Shown: in pieces, positions 18,655-27,488 of the stretch | How positions within the stretch are numbered: the stretch's first letter is position 1 | How the letters are laid out: each line of letters opens with the position of its first letter | Assembly: GCA_963706125.1 (NCBI GenBank) | Contig: CAVPLQ010000004.1 | Location: 841,056-905,055, forward strand | Source of the DNA: an uncultured Flavobacteriales bacterium | Lineage (GTDB): Bacteria; Bacteroidota; Bacteroidia; Flavobacteriales_F; PHOS-HE28 | Length of the DNA: 64,000 nucleotides | Reading direction: 5' to 3' | Position numbers and translations under genes: made by a program | The notes under the pieces: model-generated | The model's database searches: none | Seen by the model: the letters and a program-made list of their open reading frames with translations, nothing else | What the model was told of the DNA's origin: nothing

Positions 18655-21603
18655 ATGAAGACCTCCCGCATATTGCTGCTTCCCGCGTTGGCATTGGCCA
18701 CAGCACTGTTCGCGCAGACACCTCCTCCGACCATCACCAACCACGAGGAGTACGACACGTGGAAGATGCAGTTCGCAACACCGCAACCGCCGGCCACACA
18801 CTCCGACACTCCGCCGACCACCGGAACGGAGGACAACTCGCGCGGGGGCAGCGCCTCGTGTGATTGCTGGGTGACACCGAACACCAGCTATACCACCATC
18901 AACAACGACACCCAGTGGAACGCCTCGGGCTTCGGCAACGGTGACGACGGCTCCTACGGGCCGATCAACCTGCCGTTCAACTTCTTCCTGTACGGCCAGA
19001 ATTTTACAACGGCATACATCAACATCAACGGGAACGTCTCGTTCGGCAACTACATCGGCACGTTCAGCTCCAGTGCCTTCCCCACCACCGGCCCCACGAT
19101 GGTGGCGCCTTTCTGGGCTGACGTGGACCTGCGCGGCGCGGGGATGAACAACAACATCGTGCAGTACAAGGTGACTCCCACCGCGCTCTACGTGAACTGG
19201 ACGAACGTGGGCTACTACAGCATGCAGACCGACAAGCTGAACTCCTTTCAGGTCATCATCACCGACGGGACCGACCCGGTCGTGCCCAACGGGGCGAACG
19301 TGTCCTTCTGTTACGGTGACATGCAGTGGACCACTGGTAGCGCATCCAGCGGCACGAACGGTTTCGGCGGCACGCCCGCCACCGTGGGGGCGAACAAAGG
19401 TGATGGGGTGAACTACATCCAGTTCGGGCGTTTCGACCATGCCGGAACGGACTATGACGGACCGTTCGGGGCCTCGGACGGGGTGAGTTTCCTGGACAAC
19501 AAGTACTTCACCTTCGCTACCGACCAGACCACGGGCAACGTGCCACCGGTGGTGACCGGCCAGAGCGTGTGCGACTCCCTCACCGTCTGCACCGACCAGA
19601 CCACGCAGCTCAGTGTGAATTTCCTTTCCCCCGAACCCACACAGGTCACCGTGCCTTCCTCCTATGCCAATACATTGAGCAATTACACCGTGGTCGATTC
19701 CGTGGCCGGATTGAACGCCTCCATCACAACGCAGTTCACGCCGTCCATCGCGGACACGGGCTATCACGACGTCTACTTCCAAGGGACCGATAATGGCAGC
19801 CCATCGCTCACTTCCACGCTTCACATCGTCATCCAGGTGCTGCCCTCGCCACAACTGGTCTCCGACAGCATGCTGGTCTGCGACAACGCGGTGCCCTTTG
19901 ACATGGTAAGCGTACTGGGCGGAAACGCTCCACCCAGCGGTGACTGGAGCGCCCCCGACGGCAGCGCCCATAACAACATCTTCATCCCCGGAGTGGACAT
20001 GAGCGGTGAATACACCTATTCCGTGGGCATCGGGACCTCCTGTTCTGCCACGGGTGTGGCCACCATCACCAACGTGCCGCATGTAAATGCCGGTGGGGAC
20101 ATCGCGTTGGCATATTGTTCCTGGGACTATCCGGACAACATCTTTGGGCAGATCCCGGATTCGCCGGAGATGGGCGGGGTGTGGATCAGCCCCAGCGGAA
20201 TTGCGTTCAACGGCACCATTGACCCACCGACCTCCGCTCCGGGCATTTACGAGTACATCGTCTCAGGCAGTACCCCCTGCCCGAACGATACGGCGTTCAT
20301 ATCCGTGGCCATTCCTTTGGCCGTCCATGCCGGCACCGACAGTTCCATCACGCTCTGCCGTGACATCGCTCCCTTCAGCATGCGTAGTAAATTAGGTGGT
20401 GCTCCCGACGCCACCGGAACATGGACGGATGTGAGCGGCGCCGCCGTGCCCGACCTGTTCGATCCCGCCACCGGCACCATCGGCGTGTACACGTACGCCG
20501 TGCCCGCCTTACTCCCCTGCCCGGACCAGAGCGCCGTGCTCACCATCAACCTGGACCCGCTGCCCCAGGCCGGGCTGGACAGTTCGCTGGTGATCTGCGC
20601 CAATGGTGGCAACAGTCCGCTCTTCCCACTGTTGGGCGGAGATCCGGACATGGGCGGTCATTGGCTCACCCCCGAGGATTCGCTGCTCATCAACGGCATC
20701 CTTGACCCCAGCTTGGAGCTTTCCGGGGACTACATCTATGTCACCATCGGCCCCGGCACATGCTCCCACCTGTCCGACACGTCCGTGGTGAACGTCCGCA
20801 TCAACACCCTGCCGGTGATCTCCTTCACCGCCGACCCCGACAGCGGCTGCAACCCGCTGGAAGTGACCTTCACCAACACGACCGACCCGATCTACGTGGG
20901 CAACTCCTGCATTTGGAACCCCGGTGACGGCACCGACACGGTGGGCGCATGCGGTAGTTTCACCCACACCTACGCCGAAGCGGGCTGGTACCATGTGAAG
21001 CTCCAGGTGACCACCCCGCAAGGCTGCACCGACCAACTGATCACGCCCGGCGCGGTCCTGGTGGACCCTGTTCCCGAAGCCACCTTTGTGTTCACCCCGG
21101 ATCCGGGCACGGCGGCCAACAGCACGGTGGTGTTCTCGGCCACGGACCCACACGCGGTCGATCTCCAATGGTCTTTCCACGACGGTACTGTCCAGAGCGG
21201 CCGGCAGGTGGCCTACACCTACCCGGACGAGCTGGCGGACAACTATCCAGTCTGCCTTACCGTGTTGGACCGCTACGGCTGCGGGAACACTTGGTGCGAC
21301 ACCATTTCCATCCTGGTGCCCAACCTTTGGGTGCCGAAGGCCTTCACGCCCGATGGCAACGGGATGAACGACACGTTCAAACCGATCATGTTGGACATGG
21401 CCCCCGAGGATTACCACCTGCGCATCTTCGACCGTTGGGGCCAGCTCGTATTCGACAGCACCGACCCGGACAAGGGCTGGGATGGTAGTGGGATCAGCGG
21501 AGGGCGAACCGCCACCGGGGTTTATGTCTGGAGGCTTACGTACAGGCCCTTATACGCAGCCGACAAATTGGACCGCTTCGGGAACGTGACCCTGTTGAGA
21601 TAA
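18655..21603 (+). CDS. Large surface protein: NIDO-like domain + repeats + PKD-like domain + T9SS type-B C-terminal domain
   Basis: Signal peptide MKTSRILLLPALALATALFAQ. NIDO-like core: INLPFNFFLYGQNFTTAYININGNVSF...FPTTGPTMVAPFWADVDLRG. PKD-like segment: FTADPDSGCNPLEVTFTNTT. CTD: LWVPKAFTPDGNGMNDTFKPI...IFDRWGQLVF...WDGSG...GVYVWRL...GNVTLLR. Confidence 0.85.
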   Translation: MKTSRILLLPALALATALFAQTPPPTITNHEEYDTWKMQFATPQPPATHSDTPPTTGTEDNSRGGSASCDCWVTPNTSYTTINNDTQWNASGFGNGDDGSYGPINLPFNFFLYGQNFTTAYININGNVSFGNYIGTFSSSAFPTTGPTMVAPFWADVDLRGAGMNNNIVQYKVTPTALYVNWTNVGYYSMQTDKLNSFQVIITDGTDPVVPNGANVSFCYGDMQWTTGSASSGTNGFGGTPATVGANKGDGVNYIQFGRFDHAGTDYDGPFGASDGVSFLDNKYFTFATDQTTGNVPPVVTGQSVCDSLTVCTDQTTQLSVNFLSPEPTQVTVPSSYANTLSNYTVVDSVAGLNASITTQFTPSIADTGYHDVYFQGTDNGSPSLTSTLHIVIQVLPSPQLVSDSMLVCDNAVPFDMVSVLGGNAPPSGDWSAPDGSAHNNIFIPGVDMSGEYTYSVGIGTSCSATGVATITNVPHVNAGGDIALAYCSWDYPDNIFGQIPDSPEMGGVWISPSGIAFNGTIDPPTSAPGIYEYIVSGSTPCPNDTAFISVAIPLAVHAGTDSSITLCRDIAPFSMRSKLGGAPDATGTWTDVSGAAVPDLFDPATGTIGVYTYAVPALLPCPDQSAVLTINLDPLPQAGLDSSLVICANGGNSPLFPLLGGDPDMGGHWLTPEDSLLINGILDPSLELSGDYIYVTIGPGTCSHLSDTSVVNVRINTLPVISFTADPDSGCNPLEVTFTNTTDPIYVGNSCIWNPGDGTDTVGACGSFTHTYAEAGWYHVKLQVTTPQGCTDQLITPGAVLVDPVPEATFVFTPDPGTAANSTVVFSATDPHAVDLQWSFHDGTVQSGRQVAYTYPDELADNYPVCLTVLDRYGCGNTWCDTISILVPNLWVPKAFTPDGNGMNDTFKPIMLDMAPEDYHLRIFDRWGQLVFDSTDPDKGWDGSGISGGRTATGVYVWRLTYRPLYAADKLDRFGNVTLLR

Positions 21604-21759
21604 CCACCCCTGCACTGCATTCACCTAAATGGCACCGTTGTTCAAGGCCCGAAACAAAACCAGCAGCCCGCTGGTTCCGAAGGCCATTTGCCCCGTCCGG
21701 ATTATCTTGGCGGACTATTTTTTAAGAATCGGTCCTCCCTTGACCGAACAGAACCCAAC

Positions 21760-23880
21760 ATGAAGAAGCTCCTCACCTTGGCTTTGCTTGTCTGCGCCCT
21801 CAGCGTCCAAGTGCACGCACAACGCGTTGAACTCACCGTGGACCAGTACCAGGAGATGAAGGCCTCCGGCACCTTGCCCTCGGATTTCCATGTGGCCTAT
21901 TCCACCCTGCCCCCGCCTCAGGTGCAACCCTTGAACTTGGCGAAAGGCGGTGGTGGCGGCACCGGCGGGAACTGCAACTGCTGGATCGAACCGGACAACA
22001 CCTACACCCTTGCGTTGCAGCCCAATGACGACGGTTCCTCCGGGCTTATCAGCCTGCCTTTCACCTTCGATCTCTACGGTGAATCCTACACCACCTGCTA
22101 CGTGAACAACAACGGGAACGTCTCCTTCCAGACCCCTTACGGCACCTATTCCGCAAGTCCCTTCCCCGATGCCAACTTCAAGATGGTAGCCCCCTTCTGG
22201 GCCGACGTGGACACGCGGCCAGGCGACGACGGCACGCTTGGTGGTACGGTGAAATACAAGCTCACACCCAACGCGCTCTATGTGAACTGGACGGACGTGG
22301 GGTACTACAGTGCGGAGACCGACAAGCTGAACACCTTCCAGCTCATCATCAGCGACGGCACCAACACGGACGTGGGGATCGGCAGCACCGTGTCGTTCTG
22401 CTACAAAGACATGCAATGGACCACCGGTGCCGCCTCTCAGGGTGTCAATGGCTTTGGGGGCATACCTGCCACGGTGGGCGCCAACCGCGGAAACGGTGTG
22501 GACTACATCCAGTTCGGGCGTTTCGATCATGCTGGCATCGACTATGACGGCCCTTTCGGGAACGCCGACGGCGTCAGCTGGTTGGATGACAAGAACTTCG
22601 TCTTCACCACGGCGGTGAGCACCCAGAACATCCCACCCATCGCCAGCAGCACATCGCTATGTGATACCGTTGATGTTTGCGTCAATGAATTGGTGGAGCT
22701 TGATGTCAATTTCCTCTCTCCCGAGCCCGGCCAATTGACCACGGCGAGCTATACCATCGATCCGCCGCTGAACGGGACCGTCACCGAGACGAACTCCGGT
22801 CCGATGAACACCGCCAACCTGCACCTCACGTTCATTCCCACCGTGGGCGATACCGCCAATGGGGGCGTACACACGATCACCTACACGGCATCTGATGACG
22901 GAACGCCGCCACTGACCTCCACGATCTCTGTTGTGATCCGGGTGTTCTATGTGGGCGCGCCGCCGCCAATGATCACCGGCGACACGGTGGCCTGCGCGGG
23001 TCAAGGCGTACTGCTCACGGCCTCCGGCGGCTATGACCACTATGAATGGGCAAACGGCTTCAACGGGACCACCGTGCTCGTGGGGCCTGGTACCTACTAC
23101 GTGGAGGCCAGCACGGGTGCGTGCATCCTAGTGTCCAATTTCATCACCGTGCATGAGGCCCCGACACCCGAACCTGAGATCACCGGCGTACTTTTCAATT
23201 GCGGGGGTGAACCCTCGGTGCTTTCCACCACGGAGCCCTATGATGGCTACTCCTGGAGCACCGGGAGCCAGGACCCCACCATCAGCGTAGGCACCGGCAC
23301 CTATACCGTGACGGTGACCAACGACGAAGGCTGTGAAGGCACCTCTGCCGCGGTTAACGTTCTGAGCGCGAATTCGCCCACGGCATTTTTCCTGGGCACC
23401 CCCAACGGGGCGGTCTTCCCCGGTACCACAGTGGAGTACACGGACCAATCCAACGGGAACGGTGGGTCCATCACGAACTGGTCCTGGGATGCAGACACCT
23501 TGGGCAACGGGTCCGGTACCACGTTCGCCCCGACCTTCAATGTGCCGGGCAGCTATCCCATCACGCTCACGGTGACCACGGCGGACGGTTGCACCCACAC
23601 CTATACGTACTACCAAGTAGTGATCCCGGTGGAGATCATCGTTCCCAACGTGTTCAGCCCCAATGGCGACGGCCAGAACGATGCCTTGACCTTCGAAGGT
23701 GCGCAGTACTATCCGAACACCTCGCTTCAGGTGTTCAACCGCTGGGGTAATGAGGTCTACTCCAGCAGCAACTACAAGAACACCTGGAAGCCGAGGGATG
23801 TGCCCGACGGGACCTACTTCTACATCCTGAAGCTCAGCACGGGCAAGGAATATACCGGCAACGTGACGTTGTTGCGCTGA
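21760..23880 (+). CDS. Paralogous surface protein: NIDO-like domain + PKD-like domain + T9SS type-B C-terminal domain
   Basis: Start ATG 21760 (MKKLLTLALLVCALSVQVHAQ). The N-terminal roughly 300 aa are colinear with the preceding gene (ISLPFTFDLYGESYTTCYVNNNGNVSF...MVAPFWADVDTRPG...CYKDMQWTTGAAS...YIQFGRFDHAGIDYDGPFG). CTD: IVPNVFSPNGDGQNDALTFEG...VFNRWGNEVY...GTYFYILKL...GNVTLLR. Confidence 0.85.
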   Translation: MKKLLTLALLVCALSVQVHAQRVELTVDQYQEMKASGTLPSDFHVAYSTLPPPQVQPLNLAKGGGGGTGGNCNCWIEPDNTYTLALQPNDDGSSGLISLPFTFDLYGESYTTCYVNNNGNVSFQTPYGTYSASPFPDANFKMVAPFWADVDTRPGDDGTLGGTVKYKLTPNALYVNWTDVGYYSAETDKLNTFQLIISDGTNTDVGIGSTVSFCYKDMQWTTGAASQGVNGFGGIPATVGANRGNGVDYIQFGRFDHAGIDYDGPFGNADGVSWLDDKNFVFTTAVSTQNIPPIASSTSLCDTVDVCVNELVELDVNFLSPEPGQLTTASYTIDPPLNGTVTETNSGPMNTANLHLTFIPTVGDTANGGVHTITYTASDDGTPPLTSTISVVIRVFYVGAPPPMITGDTVACAGQGVLLTASGGYDHYEWANGFNGTTVLVGPGTYYVEASTGACILVSNFITVHEAPTPEPEITGVLFNCGGEPSVLSTTEPYDGYSWSTGSQDPTISVGTGTYTVTVTNDEGCEGTSAAVNVLSANSPTAFFLGTPNGAVFPGTTVEYTDQSNGNGGSITNWSWDADTLGNGSGTTFAPTFNVPGSYPITLTVTTADGCTHTYTYYQVVIPVEIIVPNVFSPNGDGQNDALTFEGAQYYPNTSLQVFNRWGNEVYSSSNYKNTWKPRDVPDGTYFYILKLSTGKEYTGNVTLLR

Positions 23881-23900
23881 CCTCCGCCACAAACAAGCTT

Positions 23901-23925
23901 GGAAGCCCCGCCGGTCGGGGCTTCC
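23901..23925 (+). terminator. Stem-loop (10-bp GC-rich stem, 5-nt loop) 20 nt after the stop of the second NIDO gene
   Basis: ggaagccccg (23901-23910) pairs with cggggcttcc (23916-23925). There is no clear U-tract (followed by gttcatc), so intrinsic-terminator function is only inferred. Confidence 0.5.
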
Positions 23926-23943
23926 GTTCATCATAGCCCGTCC

Positions 23944-24897
23944 ATGAAGGTCATTGATCACCTGCGGAAAAGCGACCGCACCCTCTTCTCCTTCGAGATC
24001 CTGCCCCCGTTGAAAGGCAAGGACATCCGTTCGATCTATGCGGGCATCGACCCTTTGATGGAGTTCAAGCCGAGCTTCGTGAACGTGACCTACCACCGTG
24101 AGGAGGTGATCTACAAGGAGCGCGGACAGGGGCTGCTGCAGAAGATCCGCCTGCGGAAACGACCGGGCACCGTGGGCATTTGCGCGATGATCAAAGCGAA
24201 GTACGAGGTGGACACCGTGCCCCATCTCATCTGCGGGGGCTTCAGCAGGGAGGACACCGAGGACGCGCTGATCGAACTGAACTTCCTGGGCATTGACAAC
24301 GTGCTCGCCCTGCGAGGGGATCCCATTAAAAGCGAACCTCATTTCATCCCGGAACGACAGGGCCATGCCCATGCCGAAGAGCTGATCCGCCAGATCGCCG
24401 GGCTCAACAAGGGGCAGTATCTGTACGACGAGGAACAGGAAGCCGCGCCCACCAACCTGTGCGTGGGGGCCGCCTGCTATCCGGAGAAGCACGCCGAGGC
24501 GCTGAACCCGGGCACCGACCTCGCCTACCTGAAGCGAAAGGTGGAAGCTGGCGCGGAATACTTGGTCACCCAGATGTTCTTCGACAACGCCCGCTACTTC
24601 GATTTCGTGGAGCGCTGCCGCAAGGAAGGGATCAACGTGCCGATCATCCCCGGGCTGAAGCCGCTGACCAACTTCCGCCACATCTCATTCATCCCGAAGA
24701 CCTTCAACATCGACCTGCCGGAGGCCTTCTCCCGTGAATTGGAGAAGTGCAAGTCCGACGAGGACGTGAAGACGGTCGGCATTGAATGGACCACCCAGCA
24801 GGCCAAGGAGCTGCAGGCCCAAAAGGTACCCAGCCTACACTTTTACACCATGGGGCGCTCGGAGGCGGTGAAGGCCATTGCCTCGCAGTTGTTCTGA
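23944..24897 (+). CDS. metF: Methylenetetrahydrofolate reductase
   Basis: Start ATG 23944 (MKVIDHLRKSDRTLFSFEILPPLKG...). The segments VTYHREE, PHLICGGFSRED, LALRGDP and TQMFFD are characteristic MetF blocks. Confidence 0.9.
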   Translation: MKVIDHLRKSDRTLFSFEILPPLKGKDIRSIYAGIDPLMEFKPSFVNVTYHREEVIYKERGQGLLQKIRLRKRPGTVGICAMIKAKYEVDTVPHLICGGFSREDTEDALIELNFLGIDNVLALRGDPIKSEPHFIPERQGHAHAEELIRQIAGLNKGQYLYDEEQEAAPTNLCVGAACYPEKHAEALNPGTDLAYLKRKVEAGAEYLVTQMFFDNARYFDFVERCRKEGINVPIIPGLKPLTNFRHISFIPKTFNIDLPEAFSRELEKCKSDEDVKTVGIEWTTQQAKELQAQKVPSLHFYTMGRSEAVKAIASQLF

Positions 24898-24991
24898 CGT
24901 GGCAGCTTTGCTGTCCAATGTCATATGTCCAGTACTTGAACAGCATAAGACAATACAAATAAGACAGCCCCCACTGCGTAACTTGCATCCC

Positions 24992-26905
24992 ATGCGCTCC
25001 TTCCTCCTTCTGACCTTGGCATTATCGACTTTTCCGGCCCTTGCACAATTGAACTACGACGAGGCCGCATTCGACGAAACCGTCCGCAGCGAACGGCACC
25101 CCATCGGCGATCTGGACCGGAGCGGAGATCCCCCCACACGCGGCTACGACATGAAGTACCTGCGTTGCACGTGGGACCTGGATCCCGCCGTCCGCTACAT
25201 CAGCGGCAGCGTCACCTCCTATTTCACCGCCACGGCCGATCTGGACCAGCTCATCTTCGACCTCAGCGACAGCCTCACGGTGGACGACGTGACCATGCAC
25301 GGAAATGCGCTCGCGTACTCCCAAGACCCCGGGGACCTGCTGGTGATCACGCTCCCCGCCAGCATTCCGGCCGGACAGACCGATTCCATCACGGTGACCT
25401 ATCACGGGGTCCCGCCGAACACCGGCTTCGGAAGCTTCATCACCGACGAGCACGACGGCGCGCCCATCGTATGGACCTTGAGCGAACCTTACGGCGCCAA
25501 GGATTGGTGGCCTTCCAAACAGGACCTTAACGACAAAGTGGATTCATTGGACACGTATGTCACCACGCCGATGAACAACCGGGCCGCCGGGAACGGCGTG
25601 CTGATGGCGCCCGACACCACGGACGACCACGTCACCTGGCATTGGCGGCATCGCCATCCGATCGACTATTATTTGATCGCCACGGCCGTGACCAACTACC
25701 AAGTGGACATCCAATACGTGGTGCTGGACGGTGACAGCATGCCGATGGTGACGTACGCGTACCCGGAGGACTTCGACGCGGCAGTGACGAACGCCACCGG
25801 GCTTCTCCCGAAAATAACCCTGTTCAGCCAGCTGTTCGGCACCTATCCCTTTGCTAACGAGAAATATGGCCACGCACAGTTCGGCTGGGGCGGCGGCATG
25901 GAACACCAGACCATGTCCTTTCTCGGGGTCTACCATCCGGAGATCTCCGCCCACGAGCTGGCACACCAGTGGTTCGGCGACAAGGTGACCTGCGCCAGCT
26001 GGCAGGACATCTGGCTGAACGAGGGCTTCGCCACCTACCTCAGCGGACTGGCCTATGAATACCTGTCCCCGGTGTACTGGCCCATCTGGAAACGGGGCAA
26101 GATCAACAGCATCATCAGTCAACCTGACGGCAGCGTGTTCTGCACGGATACTCTGGACCAGAGCCGGCTTTTCAGCGGAAGGCTCAGCTACAACAAGGGC
26201 GCGATGGTGGTCCACATGCTACGCTGGATCTGCGGTGACAGCGCGTTCTACCAAGGTGTGCGCAACTACCTGGACGACCCGATGATCGCCTACGGCACAG
26301 CCACCACCCCGGACCTGCAGGCCCACCTGGAAGCCACCTCCGGACTGGATCTCACGGGCTTCTTCGCCGATTGGTTCACCGGCGAGGGCTATCCTTCCTA
26401 CACCAACGTCTGGTCCCAGACCGGTGACGGCGAGGCGCATGTCACCCTCTCCCAGACCACCTCGCACCCTTCGGTGGGCTTCTTCGAACTGCCCGTGCCT
26501 ATCCGGTTTTATGGCGGAGGTACAGATAGCACGGTGGTATTGGACAACACGGTGAACGACCAGCAATTCAGTTTCCACCTGCCCTTCTCCATCGACAGCG
26601 CAGCCTTCGACCCCGACATCTGGCTGATCAGCGGCCACAACCTCACCACCTCAGTGAGCGAGCTGGACCGCGACCGACCGTTGCTGGTCCTCTACCCGAA
26701 CCCGGCGGAGGATATCCTCCTTTGGCGTATTCCCGGCTCCGGGCCACGACAGCTGGCACGGGTAGTGGACGCGCTCGGCCGGACCGTATTCACCGGGGAT
26801 GCCGCGAACGGGAGCATCGATATCCGCAGGCTTTCTCCCGGCGGCTATGTGCTGGAGCTGAGCGGAGGTGGGGTGGTGCTGCGTTCGCGGTTTGTTAAGC
26901 GGTGA
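24992..26905 (+). CDS. M1-family zinc aminopeptidase with T9SS type-A C-terminal sorting domain
   Basis: Start ATG 24992 with signal peptide MRSFLLLTLALSTFPALAQ. Exopeptidase-like GGMEHQ motif. HEXXH-18-E zinc site: HELAHQWFGDKVTCASWQDIWLNEGFATY. CTD: LVLYPNPAEDILLWRIP...GGYVLELSGGGVVLRSRFVKR. Confidence 0.9.
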   Translation: MRSFLLLTLALSTFPALAQLNYDEAAFDETVRSERHPIGDLDRSGDPPTRGYDMKYLRCTWDLDPAVRYISGSVTSYFTATADLDQLIFDLSDSLTVDDVTMHGNALAYSQDPGDLLVITLPASIPAGQTDSITVTYHGVPPNTGFGSFITDEHDGAPIVWTLSEPYGAKDWWPSKQDLNDKVDSLDTYVTTPMNNRAAGNGVLMAPDTTDDHVTWHWRHRHPIDYYLIATAVTNYQVDIQYVVLDGDSMPMVTYAYPEDFDAAVTNATGLLPKITLFSQLFGTYPFANEKYGHAQFGWGGGMEHQTMSFLGVYHPEISAHELAHQWFGDKVTCASWQDIWLNEGFATYLSGLAYEYLSPVYWPIWKRGKINSIISQPDGSVFCTDTLDQSRLFSGRLSYNKGAMVVHMLRWICGDSAFYQGVRNYLDDPMIAYGTATTPDLQAHLEATSGLDLTGFFADWFTGEGYPSYTNVWSQTGDGEAHVTLSQTTSHPSVGFFELPVPIRFYGGGTDSTVVLDNTVNDQQFSFHLPFSIDSAAFDPDIWLISGHNLTTSVSELDRDRPLLVLYPNPAEDILLWRIPGSGPRQLARVVDALGRTVFTGDAANGSIDIRRLSPGGYVLELSGGGVVLRSRFVKR

Positions 26906-27488
26906 TCCGCCCACCCAGCATCCGGGCCACGTACTTCCCCACCACGTCGAACTCCACGTTCACCCTGCCTCCAACGGCCAACGTGCGGAACGTGGTGTGC
27001 TCATGCGTGTACGGGATCACCGCTACGCTGAAGGAGCGGTCATCCAACGCGGCAATGGTGAGGCTCACGCCGTCCAAACAGACAGAACCTTTTTCCACCA
27101 ACAGCTCCTTTTGCTCCGGCAGGGAGAACGAGTACCACCAGGATCCTTCGCGCTCTTCCACCCCACTGCAGGCCACCACGGTGTCCACATGGCCTTGCAC
27201 CATGTGACCGTCCAAGCGGTCGCCGATGCGGAGGCAGCGTTCCAAGTTGACCGGGGCGCCTACCTGTAATGCACCGAGATCGCTGCGTTGCAGGGTCTCC
27301 TCCACCGCCGTAACATGATAGCGGTCTTGCATCAACTCCACCACCGTGAGGCAGACGCCGTTGTGCGAAACGCTCTGATCCACGCGCAGCTCCGGGGCCA
27401 TGCGCGCCTTGATCACCAACTCCATGTTGCTGCCAGCCGCGCTCACTTCAAGCACTTCGCCCACCTCTTCCACGATGCCGGTGAACAT
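26895..27488 (-). CDS. ribE: Riboflavin synthase (alpha chain)
   Basis: MFTGIVEEVGEVLEVSAAGSNMELVIKA...VDQSVSHNGVCLTVVE... with the second lumazine-binding repeat ...GDRLDGHMVQGHVD...SVCLDGVSLTI. 197 aa. The longer ORF-track entry (to 28055) is read-through of the upstream gene region. Confidence 0.92.
   Translation of the reverse strand: MFTGIVEEVGEVLEVSAAGSNMELVIKARMAPELRVDQSVSHNGVCLTVVELMQDRYHVTAVEETLQRSDLGALQVGAPVNLERCLRIGDRLDGHMVQGHVDTVVACSGVEEREGSWWYSFSLPEQKELLVEKGSVCLDGVSLTIAALDDRSFSVAVIPYTHEHTTFRTLAVGGRVNVEFDVVGKYVARMLGGRITA

Noticed and set aside
18397-20082. A 561-aa ORF antisense to the first NIDO adhesin. Similar long antisense or overlapping ORFs occur at 23128..24681, 27503..29170, 30385..31446, 30650..31834, 42562..43353 and 48195..49682.
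   Set aside because: Their translations are Arg/Gly/His/Val-rich with no recognisable motifs. They lie opposite or out of frame to genes with clear homology. This is typical of shadow ORFs in high-GC DNA.
23881-23943. A possible SAM or THF-type riboswitch upstream of metF.
   Set aside because: The intergenic region is only 63 nt and is largely occupied by one simple hairpin, which is too short for any known riboswitch aptamer.
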